A stretch of DNA of 64,000 nucleotides, from positions 576,001 to 640,000 of the forward strand of contig JBMNJG010000007.1 of assembly GCA_050951545.1 (NCBI GenBank), written 5' to 3'. Below are positions 22,590 to 33,337 of this stretch, piece after piece. The notes beneath the pieces are model-generated. The model searched no databases. It worked only from the letters and a program-made list of their open reading frames with translations, and was not told where the DNA came from. The position numbers and the translations under genes were made by a program. The stretch is from Limnochordia bacterium (GTDB lineage Bacteria; Bacillota; Limnochordia; DTU080). How positions within the stretch are numbered: the first letter of the stretch is position 1; each line of letters starts with the position of its first letter.

Positions 22590-23604
22590 AAGGTTAAGAT
22601 CTGTACAGAATGACCTCCTGATGGACGTTTCGCAGCTGCACAAGGGGGCTCCTGTTGCCATCGACCGCTGGTTTCCTATATGGCGCCAGATGGCGATGAT
22701 TGGGGGGCATCTCTACGGCGTTCCGTGCGATACGGCGCTATACACGGTTGGCCTGAATCTGGATATGATCAGTGAGGCAGGCCTGGTAGTGTCAGACAAC
22801 ACCTGGACGTGGGATGAGTACATGGGCATGGCAGCCAAGCTCACGAGGCGTGATGCGGAGGGGAATATCACGCATCTCGGGGGCAGCCTACCGATGTTCC
22901 ACTCGTGGCTAGCCCCCGGCTATCTTCGATCCTTCGGAGGCAGCTTTGTGACGCTGGACGGGGATATTGGCATTGATAGACCAGAGAGCCTCAAAGCCTA
23001 TGAATTCCTAAGGGATCTGTATCAGACTGTGGCTGGTTCTCCCGCCTTGGTGGCCGCGTCCGGTCTGCATATGAGCGGTGGCCAGTTCGACCAAGGTCGT
23101 GTGGCGATGACTACGAGTGTGGGCTGTTGGGAGATTGGCCCGCTAATGAGTCAGGTCGGATTCGCGTGGCGGGTAGCGAAGGTCCCAAGAGGGCCTGCTG
23201 GCCGCTATATCAATGCCACGAACACGTTCAACGCGATACCCAAAGGGGCGCAACACCCCAAGGAGGCCTGGGAGCTAATTCGATTTCTGAACAGCGACTG
23301 GGCCCTCAAGTACTACGCGCAGGCAGGACGGAACTGGCCACCTTCACCTCACATGATGTCCGCGGCGTTTGCCCTTACAGGAGCCGATGCGTCCGTTCTT
23401 CAGGATGTTATCGTTGGGCAGCTGCTGGACTCAGCATACATAGAGCAGCCTGTAGGTTGGTATAACGAGGCCAGGAAGCTTGTAGACTCAATCATCAACC
23501 CCGAAGCATTTGGCGACGGAGCGCGGTTCAGGGGGCCTATCAGCGTGGCGGCCAAAGAGGCAGCTCGGCGTGTTCGCGCCGAGATCCTGCCCCGATATCG
23601 TTGA
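22590..23604 (+). pseudogene. ABC sugar-binding protein lacking its N-terminal ~100 aa
   Basis: LYGVP, WTWDEY, VPRGPAG and HPKEAWELIRFL motifs. No in-frame signal peptide. Confidence 0.7.
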
Positions 23605-23625
23605 CATGCGAACTGGTGTGAGACC

Positions 23626-24903
23626 CTAGTCGGAGTTCGCCTCAGCCGCATTAGGCGCTAAAACTGAACCCATAAAGAGCATCGCCCCAGTCATCTCATC
23701 TCGGATGACCAGGAAGAACGGGCGATCGGCGATGAAGTTGAACTGGTACATTGGGGCACTGGTAAGCCGCATGCCTACGGAGGTTGCCGCGGCTGCTTCG
23801 GTGCCCTTTTCATTCACCAAAAGGAAGCTCTGATGGATCACTTCACTGATGGACAGATTGGCGCCAGGCGAGACGGGTCTCATACCGCTGAAGTCTGCTC
23901 GGTTGGCATCGAAAGCGATGGCCATGCCGAGTTCTTGGAGAGTCCTATTGAGCTGGACTTTGAAGTCGAGTCGGAAGCGAGGTATTGCGAGGCGGCCTCT
24001 TTTCTGTGAGAAACCCGCCAACCATTGCTCCCAGTTGTCGTAGGTGAGCTGTTCGTGAAAGGTTTTCAGGTCAGAGCCCAGGTCCGGAAGGAAGAGATAC
24101 ATGGCCATGAGGCCCTCTTTGCCATAGGGAAGCCGCACGGCTTGGAATCCCTGGCCTTGGTAATGCTGAAAAGAGCCTTCCATGTGCATCATTGGCATAT
24201 CTTGCTGACCGCCTCCAGCCAGGTGGAAGGGCATCGTACGGGTGAGCCGGGGGTCGAAAGGCTGTGTCCAGTCGCCTTTAAAGTAGGTGGCGTTGATCAG
24301 AAACAGCACGGATCGCGGGCTAATCTGCTCCAGGAGGCGGGGGATGCGGCCTTCTGTGTGCTCACTTACCCACTGGTTGATGACGTCAACACTGCCAGGT
24401 GCGGCAAAGTCCAGAGAACGGACAGTGGCCTGGTAGAAGCGCTGGTTGCGCCGTAGGAAGTCTCTGCTAAAGGCGACACCTTCGTGCTGCCATAGGCCAT
24501 TGGCCATGCGCAGTGCGATGCCCTCTGTGTTGGCTGAGGTATGGGCGACTTGCTGCAGCAGAGCAGCGTAGGAGCTGTTGATTGTGTCCAAGGAAAGGGA
24601 GTCGTAACCAAGGGCGTGGGACATGGCGGTTTGGGTCTCGCCCCGAGCGCCGTTATAGGTCATGGCCAACGCAAGAGCGATACTGGAGGGTGAGATGAAG
24701 ATGCCCTGTTCGTTTGCTGTGCCTCCAGAGGCTAGTCTGTGGTAGAGGCTGAGGCCGAATCGGTTCTGAGCAGCGATCACGGCGGGATCGACTGTGTCTG
24801 TGGCCTGTGGATCAGTCAAGGGCGTGCAGCCAGTCATCGCCAACATCCCTATCAGTGCCAAAGGGACGATCAGGTGGAGTGGCCATCGCGCTCTACAGCT
24901 CAT
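23626..24903 (-). CDS. Serpin (serine protease inhibitor), lipoprotein
   Basis: IFISPSSI, LINATYFKGDW, hinge VNEKGTEAAAATSV and FIADRPF signature. Lipobox MTGC. Confidence 0.95.
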   Translation of the reverse strand: MSCRARWPLHLIVPLALIGMLAMTGCTPLTDPQATDTVDPAVIAAQNRFGLSLYHRLASGGTANEQGIFISPSSIALALAMTYNGARGETQTAMSHALGYDSLSLDTINSSYAALLQQVAHTSANTEGIALRMANGLWQHEGVAFSRDFLRRNQRFYQATVRSLDFAAPGSVDVINQWVSEHTEGRIPRLLEQISPRSVLFLINATYFKGDWTQPFDPRLTRTMPFHLAGGGQQDMPMMHMEGSFQHYQGQGFQAVRLPYGKEGLMAMYLFLPDLGSDLKTFHEQLTYDNWEQWLAGFSQKRGRLAIPRFRLDFKVQLNRTLQELGMAIAFDANRADFSGMRPVSPGANLSISEVIHQSFLLVNEKGTEAAAATSVGMRLTSAPMYQFNFIADRPFFLVIRDEMTGAMLFMGSVLAPNAAEANSD

Positions 24904-25130
24904 GGGATTACCCGCTTTCTGTGTGAGATTCGCATCAGTCTCAGGGCGACCGAGGGCGTGTTTTGACCCCAGTATGGTTGTTTGGGTCGATGCGTCCCCG
25001 CGACGTTACCCAACTCGCAATGCCGAAAGCAAGAAGAGGACGACTTTAGTGCATGTAGAAGAAGACACGCGCGAGTCTTCTTCGTGCAGAAGCCAGTTTT
25101 TTATCCTATTCACATTAGGGGGTATGTTGG

Positions 25131-26387
25131 GTGTGGCGTAGGTGGAGTCTGTCGGCAGTGTGTCTCTTGCTCGCATTATCAGTCGCGGTGGTAGCATCAG
25201 CTAAGACTCCTATTCGCATGGTGACGTATGGTGAGGCTGATACCCTGGCCATATTCAGGCAGATTGCCGAGGTGTTCAACCAGTCTAACCCTGACTACGA
25301 TCTACAGGTGGAAGTGTATCCCTATGGCGAGTACCCCACGAAGATCACTATCATGCTGGCCAGTGGTGTGTACCCGGATCTTTTCTTGACCTGGGCTCAG
25401 TACAAGCCCAGCTGGGCGGAGCAGGGTCTTCTGCTCGATATTGAGCCGCTGTGGCAGAAGAGCCAGATCGCTCAAAGGGCCCGATTGTACCCGTTCGCTA
25501 TGGAGGCAGCCAAGTATAAAGGCCGCCTCTACGGTGTTCCCTATGACTTTAGTTCTATAGTGTGGGCCATGAATCTAGATGCGCTTGCTGAGGCTGGCTT
25601 GCCCGAACCGCCTTATAGCTGGGACGTTGATATGCTCAAGCAGTATGCGCTGAAGCTGAACAAGCCGTCAGAGGGCAGATACGGCGTGAAGCTTGGTGCG
25701 GCTGGTGGTATCACGAACTGGCAGTGGTGTGCTAACTATACTGGCCAGGGCTGGGTCTCTGATGACCTTCAGCAAGTGAATGTGGAGAACCCGAAAAACA
25801 TCGAGATGCTAGAGTTCTGGCAGGATATCGCGTGGGCTTACGATGCAGCGTATGTTTCTGGCAAGCCGACTGTTAAGAACGAGTTTCAGGGCGGCTATGC
25901 CATATGGTGGAGCTGGGCGCACTGGGGCGCCAGGCACGAGGTATCGCCGTTTGAGTGGACCTTTACCACCTACCCCAGAGGGCCAGCTGGGCAAGACAGC
26001 TTCGCCCACGGCCATCTGTGGACGATTCCGGCGATGGTGCCCCGACCAGAGTTGGGGTGGAAAGTCCTGGAATGGATGCTCTCGCTAGAAGGCCAGAGGG
26101 CGGTGGTGGAGATCAACTTCCGTCAGCCCCTATCTCCTAACAACGACCTATGGAATCGCTACTACAGCAACTTGTCGTCGCAGAACCGCGAACGCGTGCA
26201 AAAGGCCGTGATGGAGAATATCTATGGGAAAAACCTCATTCGCACGATGAACTACTGGCCGACGTGGCCGGACGTGGAGAGGGCGATGAACGCCCACTTG
26301 GCCAATGTCTTCAACCGACGCCAATCTCCCACGAATGAGATGGCCGCGGCAGCGAAGGAGATTAGGGCCATTCTCAACCTGAAGTAA
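25131..26387 (+). CDS. ABC sugar-binding protein
   Basis: Signal peptide; ASGVYPDL, GRLYGVP and YPRGPAG motifs. Confidence 0.9.
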   Translation: MWRRWSLSAVCLLLALSVAVVASAKTPIRMVTYGEADTLAIFRQIAEVFNQSNPDYDLQVEVYPYGEYPTKITIMLASGVYPDLFLTWAQYKPSWAEQGLLLDIEPLWQKSQIAQRARLYPFAMEAAKYKGRLYGVPYDFSSIVWAMNLDALAEAGLPEPPYSWDVDMLKQYALKLNKPSEGRYGVKLGAAGGITNWQWCANYTGQGWVSDDLQQVNVENPKNIEMLEFWQDIAWAYDAAYVSGKPTVKNEFQGGYAIWWSWAHWGARHEVSPFEWTFTTYPRGPAGQDSFAHGHLWTIPAMVPRPELGWKVLEWMLSLEGQRAVVEINFRQPLSPNNDLWNRYYSNLSSQNRERVQKAVMENIYGKNLIRTMNYWPTWPDVERAMNAHLANVFNRRQSPTNEMAAAAKEIRAILNLK

Positions 26388-26483
26388 GCAGAATCACATA
26401 GGGCTTGGTCAACAGGGGGCTGTGGATTGCGGCAGCCTCCCACTGCCTTTGTAGCGAGGCTCCAGATGACGAGGAGGGGTACC

Positions 26484-27221
26484 ATGTATCGGTTGTATGA
26501 GTCTACCATAGCTCTCTTGCTCATCCTCATGGGTTGTGCAGGCCTGGTGACGGCAGAAGCGCCCCAGGTGTTTGGTGTGGTAATAGGCGATAGTATTGCA
26601 GAAGGTCACCCCGCATTGCATGGGGCGCTTCATCCTGGCCGGGCGGCATATGATCCCACCTATGCCAGTCAACCTGGTCAGCTATCGTACGAATTAGGTG
26701 TCTTGAGTGGGTACCACTGGTACAACAACGGCATCGGCAGCCAGTCGACGGAGCATATTCGGGCCCGCTGGAACCGAGACGCTTTGGGTAGGCAAGATGA
26801 TCCGCAGGATGGGCGGGGCAATCGCACGCTGCCCGGCACCCCCTATGCGGTGGTAGTGGCTGCAGGGGTCAACGATATTTCTTTGAAGGTTCCCGCAGAG
26901 GCCACCCGCGCTAATCTGAGGTTTATGGCCGATTCGCTGAATAGTGCTGGTGCATATGTGGTTTTCCTGACTCTGCCCCCATCGAACAGAGCCACATCAG
27001 AGCAGATACAGATGGTTCAGGACATGAACACGTGGATGCTTCAGAACCTGCCCTCGGAGAGGGTCGGTGTCGTGGACTTGTACGCCTGGTTTGAAGATCC
27101 GCAGAATCCTGGTAAAGTGAACTCGGCCCTAGCCGCTGACTATATCCATCCGTCTAAGGACGGGTATAAGGAGTTGGCCAGCCTTGCTTGGGCGGTCTTG
27201 AGCAAGATCAGCTCAAGATAG
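26484..27221 (+). CDS. SGNH/GDSL hydrolase
   Basis: GDSI, NNGIGSQ, AGVND and DYIHP blocks. Confidence 0.9.
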   Translation: MYRLYESTIALLLILMGCAGLVTAEAPQVFGVVIGDSIAEGHPALHGALHPGRAAYDPTYASQPGQLSYELGVLSGYHWYNNGIGSQSTEHIRARWNRDALGRQDDPQDGRGNRTLPGTPYAVVVAAGVNDISLKVPAEATRANLRFMADSLNSAGAYVVFLTLPPSNRATSEQIQMVQDMNTWMLQNLPSERVGVVDLYAWFEDPQNPGKVNSALAADYIHPSKDGYKELASLAWAVLSKISSR

Positions 27222-27454
27222 GGCTCTAGAAGCAACGTGGTGGGCAGTGCGAGGCCCAGTAGGGGGTTTTGGTGAGGTGGAGGCTGTGCATTGTGTGCAG
27301 CCTTCTCTGTGTTTTGGCGGCTGATGCTCGCTGGTATTGCAGTCGGTGATCTTCTCCAGTCTGTTCCATCGGTGTGATGCGCGGTCAGACTGCCACGAGG
27401 AAACACTAACGTTGCCATGGTATGCGTGTGTCATGTAGCAGGGCACATCCCAGC

Positions 27455-28387
27455 TTAGTGACTCTCGGTGAGCAAGCAGAGATCGTAACTCCAAAGTGTG
27501 GGCGTCGGTGCTTGTCTCCAGGAGTTGTTGAACCAAGCCAGGTAACGTTCGATGTAGCGGACTGCTATCCCGCGAAAGGTTCGCATCCAGTGACGAAAGG
27601 TGAGTTGATGTCGGGCAGCCACTGCACGGATAGCGGCGGGGTCATCTGCGATTGCGTCTGTGAGTGATCGGTTACGCCGGGCCTGACCGCCTAGCAGCCA
27701 CTTCACTTTGGCGGAACCGCTCCATGGACGGCCTGGCACGCGCGAGGTGGGATTGTCGCTCACCACACCCTGGCCTAGTGGTGACAGGACCGATGTGCCC
27801 GGTGCGGCATACTCCGACACGATGTTGGCCAGCTCGTTGCGCCCCGGACGATGGGAGGCGTAAAGGCTGATCTGGTCGACAATTCGCTTCTCGTCGCACT
27901 GTAGGAGATGGGTGATGGTGCCTGCGCTGTACCCCTTGGGGATCAGCCCCGGGAAGCGGGCCACTGATGGGACAAGACGCCCCGTGTCTCGGCTAACCCC
28001 TTCCTCCGAATGCACCGGTTCTGCGGAGGTGACGGTAGTGAAGAGTACTACCACGCAACCTTGAACAGAGGACTCTTGGGAGTCGTGTTCCAGGCGTTGC
28101 AGATACTGATGGCGCCAACGAAAAGCAGTAGACAGGGCGACGCCGACCTGCTGAGCTAAGGCCCGCAAGGGAAGTGGCTCGTGGCAGAGCTTCAGGAAAG
28201 CTGCGTGTTTCTCCACCAGACGGATACCGCCCGAGTTGGGGGTCGTCGTGGGCCCGAAGGAACGTCCGCAGCCACGGCACAGGAAGCGCTGCTGACCACG
28301 TCGATAGCCGTTACGTACCACGTGAGAGGATGCGCAACGCGGGCAGTTCGTGCTTTCACTACCGCCGCTGGTGAATGATGAATCCAT
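27455..28387 (-). CDS. IS1595-like transposase-derived protein (Zn ribbon + HTH) with degenerate catalytic domain
   Basis: CPRC..VVRNG..QRFLCRGC, LRALAQQVGVALSTAFRWRH and FRGIAVRYIERYLAWF motifs. No DET motif. AGGAGG RBS. Confidence 0.7.
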   Translation of the reverse strand: MDSSFTSGGSESTNCPRCASSHVVRNGYRRGQQRFLCRGCGRSFGPTTTPNSGGIRLVEKHAAFLKLCHEPLPLRALAQQVGVALSTAFRWRHQYLQRLEHDSQESSVQGCVVVLFTTVTSAEPVHSEEGVSRDTGRLVPSVARFPGLIPKGYSAGTITHLLQCDEKRIVDQISLYASHRPGRNELANIVSEYAAPGTSVLSPLGQGVVSDNPTSRVPGRPWSGSAKVKWLLGGQARRNRSLTDAIADDPAAIRAVAARHQLTFRHWMRTFRGIAVRYIERYLAWFNNSWRQAPTPTLWSYDLCLLTESH

Positions 28388-28687
28388 CTGTCAGTCCTCC
28401 TAACCAAAGGCCCGAGTAGAACGAATGTTCCCTTCCACTCTACCACGTCGCGGTCCGAGAAGGCAAGACTAGCGATGCTACGCGCTCCGGAAGTGGGCCA
28501 TCGCGTGACATCACACGGATGGAACAGAACGGACGTTCGCGATGCGCTATGCCTGAGGCCGCCCGTTACTGCTGACCTACTGGCTAGCAGGACATTGAAT
28601 TGTGATTCTAGATCAGAGAAGAGAAGCGCCATACGGTATAGAAATAGAGGAATTATAATCCAAAAATAGGCGAGGGGGAGGGTACGA

Positions 28688-30001
28688 TTGTTGATTCAGT
28701 GTAAGCGGTACCGAGTAATCTGTTGTCTAGTGCTGTCGTTTCTTTTTGCTTGTGCGTTGGTAAATGGAGCTTCGGCTCGCACGGTAGTCAACCACTTCAA
28801 CAACACAGCGCATGGATTGGGCTGGCTATCGTGGCTACAGGAGCAAGTCCCCAGGTTTGAAGCAGAGAATCCCGATATCAAGATTGAGCTCACGACACCG
28901 ACCACGGGGGGGAATGCTGAGCAATTCATGGTATTTGTCGCCTCTGGCGTTTCCATTGATGTGTCTGAGCTTGTGGTGCGGATGGGCGCCTCTGTTGCCG
29001 CGTTAGGGGGATACAAGGATCTGAGGCCCTACCTGCAAAGAAGCAAGAAGGTCTCCTTCGACTCTTATGTTCCGATCGCTCGTTCCGCAGTGACAAGGCT
29101 TGACGGCCTCGTTTGGGGGCTTCCAGTAGATCTGTATGTCGTACCCACACACTACCATGCCGATATGTTCGCAGAAGGAGGCCTGGCCACACCAGCTGAG
29201 CTGGGCGAGGAATGGAACTTCGATGCAGCAGTAGCTACAGCCAAACGACTGACGATTGACCGCAGCGGCGATGGAGTCCCAGAACAGTGGGGTACCCACA
29301 GGGCCTTTACCTTCTGGGTCTATGGGAATGCGTTTGAGAATCGTGACGCCAAGATGTTCGATCGTAACGTCGAGCCGACGCGCAGTCTTCTCAACACACC
29401 CAAGGTGGCGCAAGCTTTCCAGTGGATGGTGGATCTTCATCTCGTGCACAATGTAGCGGACATCTCGGGCGGTGTCTACTCTGCGGAGTTCCGCAAGGGC
29501 AAGTATGCCTGGAGCATGGGAGCAGGTCCCAACGCCGCGCAGGGCATGGTTCAGGCCAATGCCACATTCAGGTGGGGCGTTGCACTGCCCATAGGTGGGG
29601 AAAAGCGGGGGGCCTACACAGCGGTGGGCAGCCTACAGATCCCTGTAGCGTCCCAGAATTCCGATGCAGCATGGCGCTGGATGGAATTCCTGGCGAGTTC
29701 AGCTGACTCATGGACATCCTTCATCGCCAATACTTCGCGGTTACCAGCGAGCCAGCGGCAAATGAACCAGTGGGTCAAGCACATACAGCGCATGCCCAAT
29801 CCTCCCGAAGCCATCGACAACTACATTCAGGCGGCTATCAGACCGGACAACTACGTGCCTGTGTCCAGTCCCCACTATTCCAGGTTTGAGACACTCTCAT
29901 TATCCCTGGTTACCCAAGTGTTGCGGGGTCAACGCGACCCTGGTTCTGTGCTTGAGGAGCTTCACCAGCACATGACTGCACTCTTCAACGAGACGAAGTA
30001 G
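28688..30001 (+). CDS. ABC sugar-binding protein
   Basis: FEAENPDIKIEL, DLRPYL, WGLP and AAWRWMEFL motifs. Confidence 0.9.
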   Translation: MLIQCKRYRVICCLVLSFLFACALVNGASARTVVNHFNNTAHGLGWLSWLQEQVPRFEAENPDIKIELTTPTTGGNAEQFMVFVASGVSIDVSELVVRMGASVAALGGYKDLRPYLQRSKKVSFDSYVPIARSAVTRLDGLVWGLPVDLYVVPTHYHADMFAEGGLATPAELGEEWNFDAAVATAKRLTIDRSGDGVPEQWGTHRAFTFWVYGNAFENRDAKMFDRNVEPTRSLLNTPKVAQAFQWMVDLHLVHNVADISGGVYSAEFRKGKYAWSMGAGPNAAQGMVQANATFRWGVALPIGGEKRGAYTAVGSLQIPVASQNSDAAWRWMEFLASSADSWTSFIANTSRLPASQRQMNQWVKHIQRMPNPPEAIDNYIQAAIRPDNYVPVSSPHYSRFETLSLSLVTQVLRGQRDPGSVLEELHQHMTALFNETK

Positions 30002-30204
30002 GCCGGCCAGATCATACATATCACACCAGTGAAACAGACTGGACAAAACTTGACCGACTACGGGCAGCCCTCTACGCTAGGGGGCTGTCCTAGTTTTCTG
30101 ATGGGGCCCTGGCGCGCAAGGAGTATCGCCAGCAAAGCGAGAAAACCAGTGCGAGCCCAGAAACCCATCCACCATACATCTCGCTCAATGCAGGGAGGAG
30201 TCTC

Positions 30205-31434
30205 GTGCACAAGGGCAACGTACCAGCGAGTCTGCCAGAGGACGTCGACGTCATCCGAAAGGCTAGCCTCGAGGATCGCGAAGCTATTCTGGAGTTAGCA
30301 GCAGGCATCTTCTTTCAGAAACCGGGTGAATGGTACGCCAATCGCTCATGGTATCGTCTCTCACCGGAAACGGTTGATCCTAGCGAGTTCTTGGTCGCCG
30401 TATCAGCGGGGAATATTGTGGGTGTGAGTGCTTTCCGCAGTTTTACGCTGAGAATGCCAGGACTGAACCTTCCATGGGTAGGCGTGGGTAGCGTCTGTAC
30501 AGCCCCGGAGTTTCGGGGTAGAGGTGTCATGGGCAGCATGTTGCAGGCAGGGATCCGCGATACCGATGAGCGAGGCGTGCCAGTGAGCATCCTGTGGGGT
30601 GACCGAGCGCGCTATGGGCATTTCGGCTGGGAGCAAGCAGGAAGACAGATTGAGTTAGGCGTCAGCCGGCGACACTTTCGCGATCCGGGTTGGACAGACG
30701 CTGATGTTGGAGAGTTGGTTGGCATGGGCAAAGACACCCAACTGCCGCCGGATTTGGGTGATCGTTTGGCCCGCATACAAGAGCACTATGCTGGTCGTCT
30801 ACTGAGACCCTCGGATGAGCAGCTGGGGCTGATCTCCAGTCCGAGGTATCGTACAGTCTGGGTTGCGCAAGGCGACGACGAGGCCTACGCAGTGCTCGAG
30901 GCAGGGCCGAGGCCTCGTCAACTGCTAGAGGTAGGCGGGGCCCCCGATCTTCTTGCCGCTTTGCTCGGCCATCTGATGCGGGAGTCGTCTGATACGTGGC
31001 GGGCGGCTATTGGTCTGGAGCCACACCCCGCGGAGCAGATGCTGGTCGATCGGGCGGATTACGTGCAGATCGGTGCGACTGGCAAGGTTCGCATTCATGA
31101 CCTTGCTTCACTACTGGCCCACTATGAACCCTGGTGGTCCCAGAGACGGCGTCTTGGATCCGGAGCCGTTGTCTTGGCGATGCAAGACGACTCAGGTGTT
31201 GAACAGCAGACCGTGGGCTTGCGATGGACTCCGAAGTCAGTCAAGGTTCGCCGCCTCGAGCCGGGTGGGCGGCTGCCAGACACGGCTGTCATCGCCGCGG
31301 ATCGTCGGGCGTTGGCGCGTCTTGTGTTTGGTCCACTTGCACCCGAACTCGCTCTTGGAGACTCGCCTGGGGCCTGGCGTGTAACTGAACTATTCCCAGT
31401 GCCGCTGTATGTGCCTGCACTGGAGCGCGTATGA
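30205..31434 (+). CDS. Eis-like GNAT acetyltransferase
   Basis: GVGSVCTAPEFRGRGVM and RYGHFGWE motifs; 409 aa with an SCP2-like tail. Confidence 0.8.
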   Translation: MHKGNVPASLPEDVDVIRKASLEDREAILELAAGIFFQKPGEWYANRSWYRLSPETVDPSEFLVAVSAGNIVGVSAFRSFTLRMPGLNLPWVGVGSVCTAPEFRGRGVMGSMLQAGIRDTDERGVPVSILWGDRARYGHFGWEQAGRQIELGVSRRHFRDPGWTDADVGELVGMGKDTQLPPDLGDRLARIQEHYAGRLLRPSDEQLGLISSPRYRTVWVAQGDDEAYAVLEAGPRPRQLLEVGGAPDLLAALLGHLMRESSDTWRAAIGLEPHPAEQMLVDRADYVQIGATGKVRIHDLASLLAHYEPWWSQRRRLGSGAVVLAMQDDSGVEQQTVGLRWTPKSVKVRRLEPGGRLPDTAVIAADRRALARLVFGPLAPELALGDSPGAWRVTELFPVPLYVPALERV

Positions 31435-31453
31435 GGGGGAGGTGTTGGGGAAA

Positions 31454-32356
31454 ATGGTGGAAGTGCAGAGAATATGGGATCAGGCATCTCACAACGCGTT
31501 TACCGATCTCGTACGCTTTCAGGATCGCTGGTTCTGTGTCTTTCGGGAGGGGAAGGCTCATGTATCGCCAGATGGCGCGCTACGGGTGATCACATCGACG
31601 GATGGTGACACGTGGGAATCGGCTGCGCTCATCACTTCGGGAGACTCCGACCTGCGCGACGCCAAGATAACCGTAACCCCGGATGGCCAGCTCATGCTGG
31701 CGGGGGCAGAGGCATTGCACGACAAGTCTAGGCAGACGCACCAATCACTGGTCTGGTTCTCTCCCGACGGCCGCACGTGGAGCGACAAGCATGAGATCGG
31801 CGACCCTAACATCTGGTTGTGGCGTATCACCTGGCATGACGACAAGGCATATGGTGTGGGCTACGGTTGTGGCAAGGAACGCCTAGTTCGGCTTTACGTC
31901 AGCAGCGATGGCAAGCGCTACGAAACGCTTGTGGATCGACTTCATGATGTCGGCTATCCGAATGAGACCTCTCTAGTCTTTGACGGGGACACATTGTACT
32001 GCCTGTTGCGGCGCGATGGCGAAAGCAACACAGGTTTGCTGGGCATCTCGCAGCCGCCGTATACCCAGTGGGAGTGGAAGGGTCTGGGCGTGCGTATCGG
32101 TGGGCCGCACATGCTTCGTCTGCCTGACGGCCGCTTCGTATCGGCGGTGCGCCTCTACGATGGCAGTGTGCGTACCTCGCTCTGCTGGATCGATCCGCAG
32201 GCGGGCACGTGCACCGAGTTTCTTGCGCTCCCGTCCGGTGGCGATACGAGCTATGCTGGTCTTGTCTTTCACGATGGGTTGCTTTGGGTGAGTTACTACT
32301 CCTCTCATGAAGAGAAGACGGCCATTTACCTGGCCAAGGTCAGGATTCCGGGTTAG
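31454..32356 (+). CDS. Sialidase-like (BNR/Asp-box) protein
   Basis: HNAFTDL, Asp-boxes STDGDTW and SPDGRTW, GGDTSYAG. Confidence 0.85.
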   Translation: MVEVQRIWDQASHNAFTDLVRFQDRWFCVFREGKAHVSPDGALRVITSTDGDTWESAALITSGDSDLRDAKITVTPDGQLMLAGAEALHDKSRQTHQSLVWFSPDGRTWSDKHEIGDPNIWLWRITWHDDKAYGVGYGCGKERLVRLYVSSDGKRYETLVDRLHDVGYPNETSLVFDGDTLYCLLRRDGESNTGLLGISQPPYTQWEWKGLGVRIGGPHMLRLPDGRFVSAVRLYDGSVRTSLCWIDPQAGTCTEFLALPSGGDTSYAGLVFHDGLLWVSYYSSHEEKTAIYLAKVRIPG

Positions 32357-32372
32357 GGGGAGAGAACGCGTC

Positions 32373-32825
32373 ATGCCAACCTCGTACCGGAAGCTAAATC
32401 ACGAGCTCATTCGCCAAAGGGCTTCGGACATAAGAAGCAACATCGTGTTTTTGCGGGGTCAAGCCACGCGTCCCGATGAAGACTTTCTTTCCGATGATCT
32501 CGCGATCCGGGCATGTCGGTACGCTTTCATCGTGATTAGTGAAGCGGCTGCCAACATCTGCTCTCATACTATCGCTAAGTTGCTGGGGCGAACAGCAGAG
32601 ACGTATGGAGGGTGCTACTCGCTACTGGCGGAAAACGAGCTTATTACCCCCGCTTTGGCTAATCGACTTCGCAAGGTAGCCGGATTTCGCAGCCTTCTTG
32701 TTCACGGATACGCACGTATTGACGATCGCCAGACCCTCCTAATAATGCGTCACAGTCTAGGCGACATGGAGGACTTTCTCACGCAGATCTTTGCACTGAC
32801 GCTTCAGGGGACTGATGCGCCATGA
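32373..32825 (+). CDS. HEPN/DUF86 (HepT-like) toxin
   Basis: RX4HXY motif as GFRSLLVHGYARID. Confidence 0.85.
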   Translation: MPTSYRKLNHELIRQRASDIRSNIVFLRGQATRPDEDFLSDDLAIRACRYAFIVISEAAANICSHTIAKLLGRTAETYGGCYSLLAENELITPALANRLRKVAGFRSLLVHGYARIDDRQTLLIMRHSLGDMEDFLTQIFALTLQGTDAP

Positions 32826-33244
32826 AGAAGCATCATGCCCTCCCTTCCTGCGAACGTGATCGCCTGGAAACGCATCTACACCGTTTTCTCATGGACCAAG
32901 AGAACGTATTGTTTGCCTTTCTCCATGGCTCATTCCTCGATCATGATCTCCCCTTTGGAGACATAGACGTAGCCGTGTTCTTTCGACACAATCCTAAAGA
33001 CCCGGTCAGGGCAATTCTCGACCTAAAGGAAACGCTTGAGAGCGGAATCAACTTCGCATATGAAATCGATGTGCAGATGCTAAATGGTGCTTCGCTTGGT
33101 TTCCGCTTCCATGCGAGTCGAGGTACGGTGTTGGCCTGCAAAGATCAGGAGGCTCTCGATACCTTCCGCCAAGAGACTTGGCTCCGTTACTGGGACTGCG
33201 AGCCGTTTTTGAGGCAAAGTCTGACGTACCTTCTCGAACCGTGA
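32822..33244 (+). CDS. Minimal nucleotidyltransferase (MntA-like antitoxin)
   Basis: FLHGSF..GDIDVAV..IDVQMLN motif; ATGA overlap with the HEPN gene. Confidence 0.85.
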   Translation: MKKHHALPSCERDRLETHLHRFLMDQENVLFAFLHGSFLDHDLPFGDIDVAVFFRHNPKDPVRAILDLKETLESGINFAYEIDVQMLNGASLGFRFHASRGTVLACKDQEALDTFRQETWLRYWDCEPFLRQSLTYLLEP

Positions 33245-33337
33245 CATTCGACACACCAGGAACTGAACAGCGAAGGGAAGTCCGGACATGAAGCCAGACT
33301 TCCCTTTCCTGGTGGCGTGTGGAGGGGACCCCCGACG

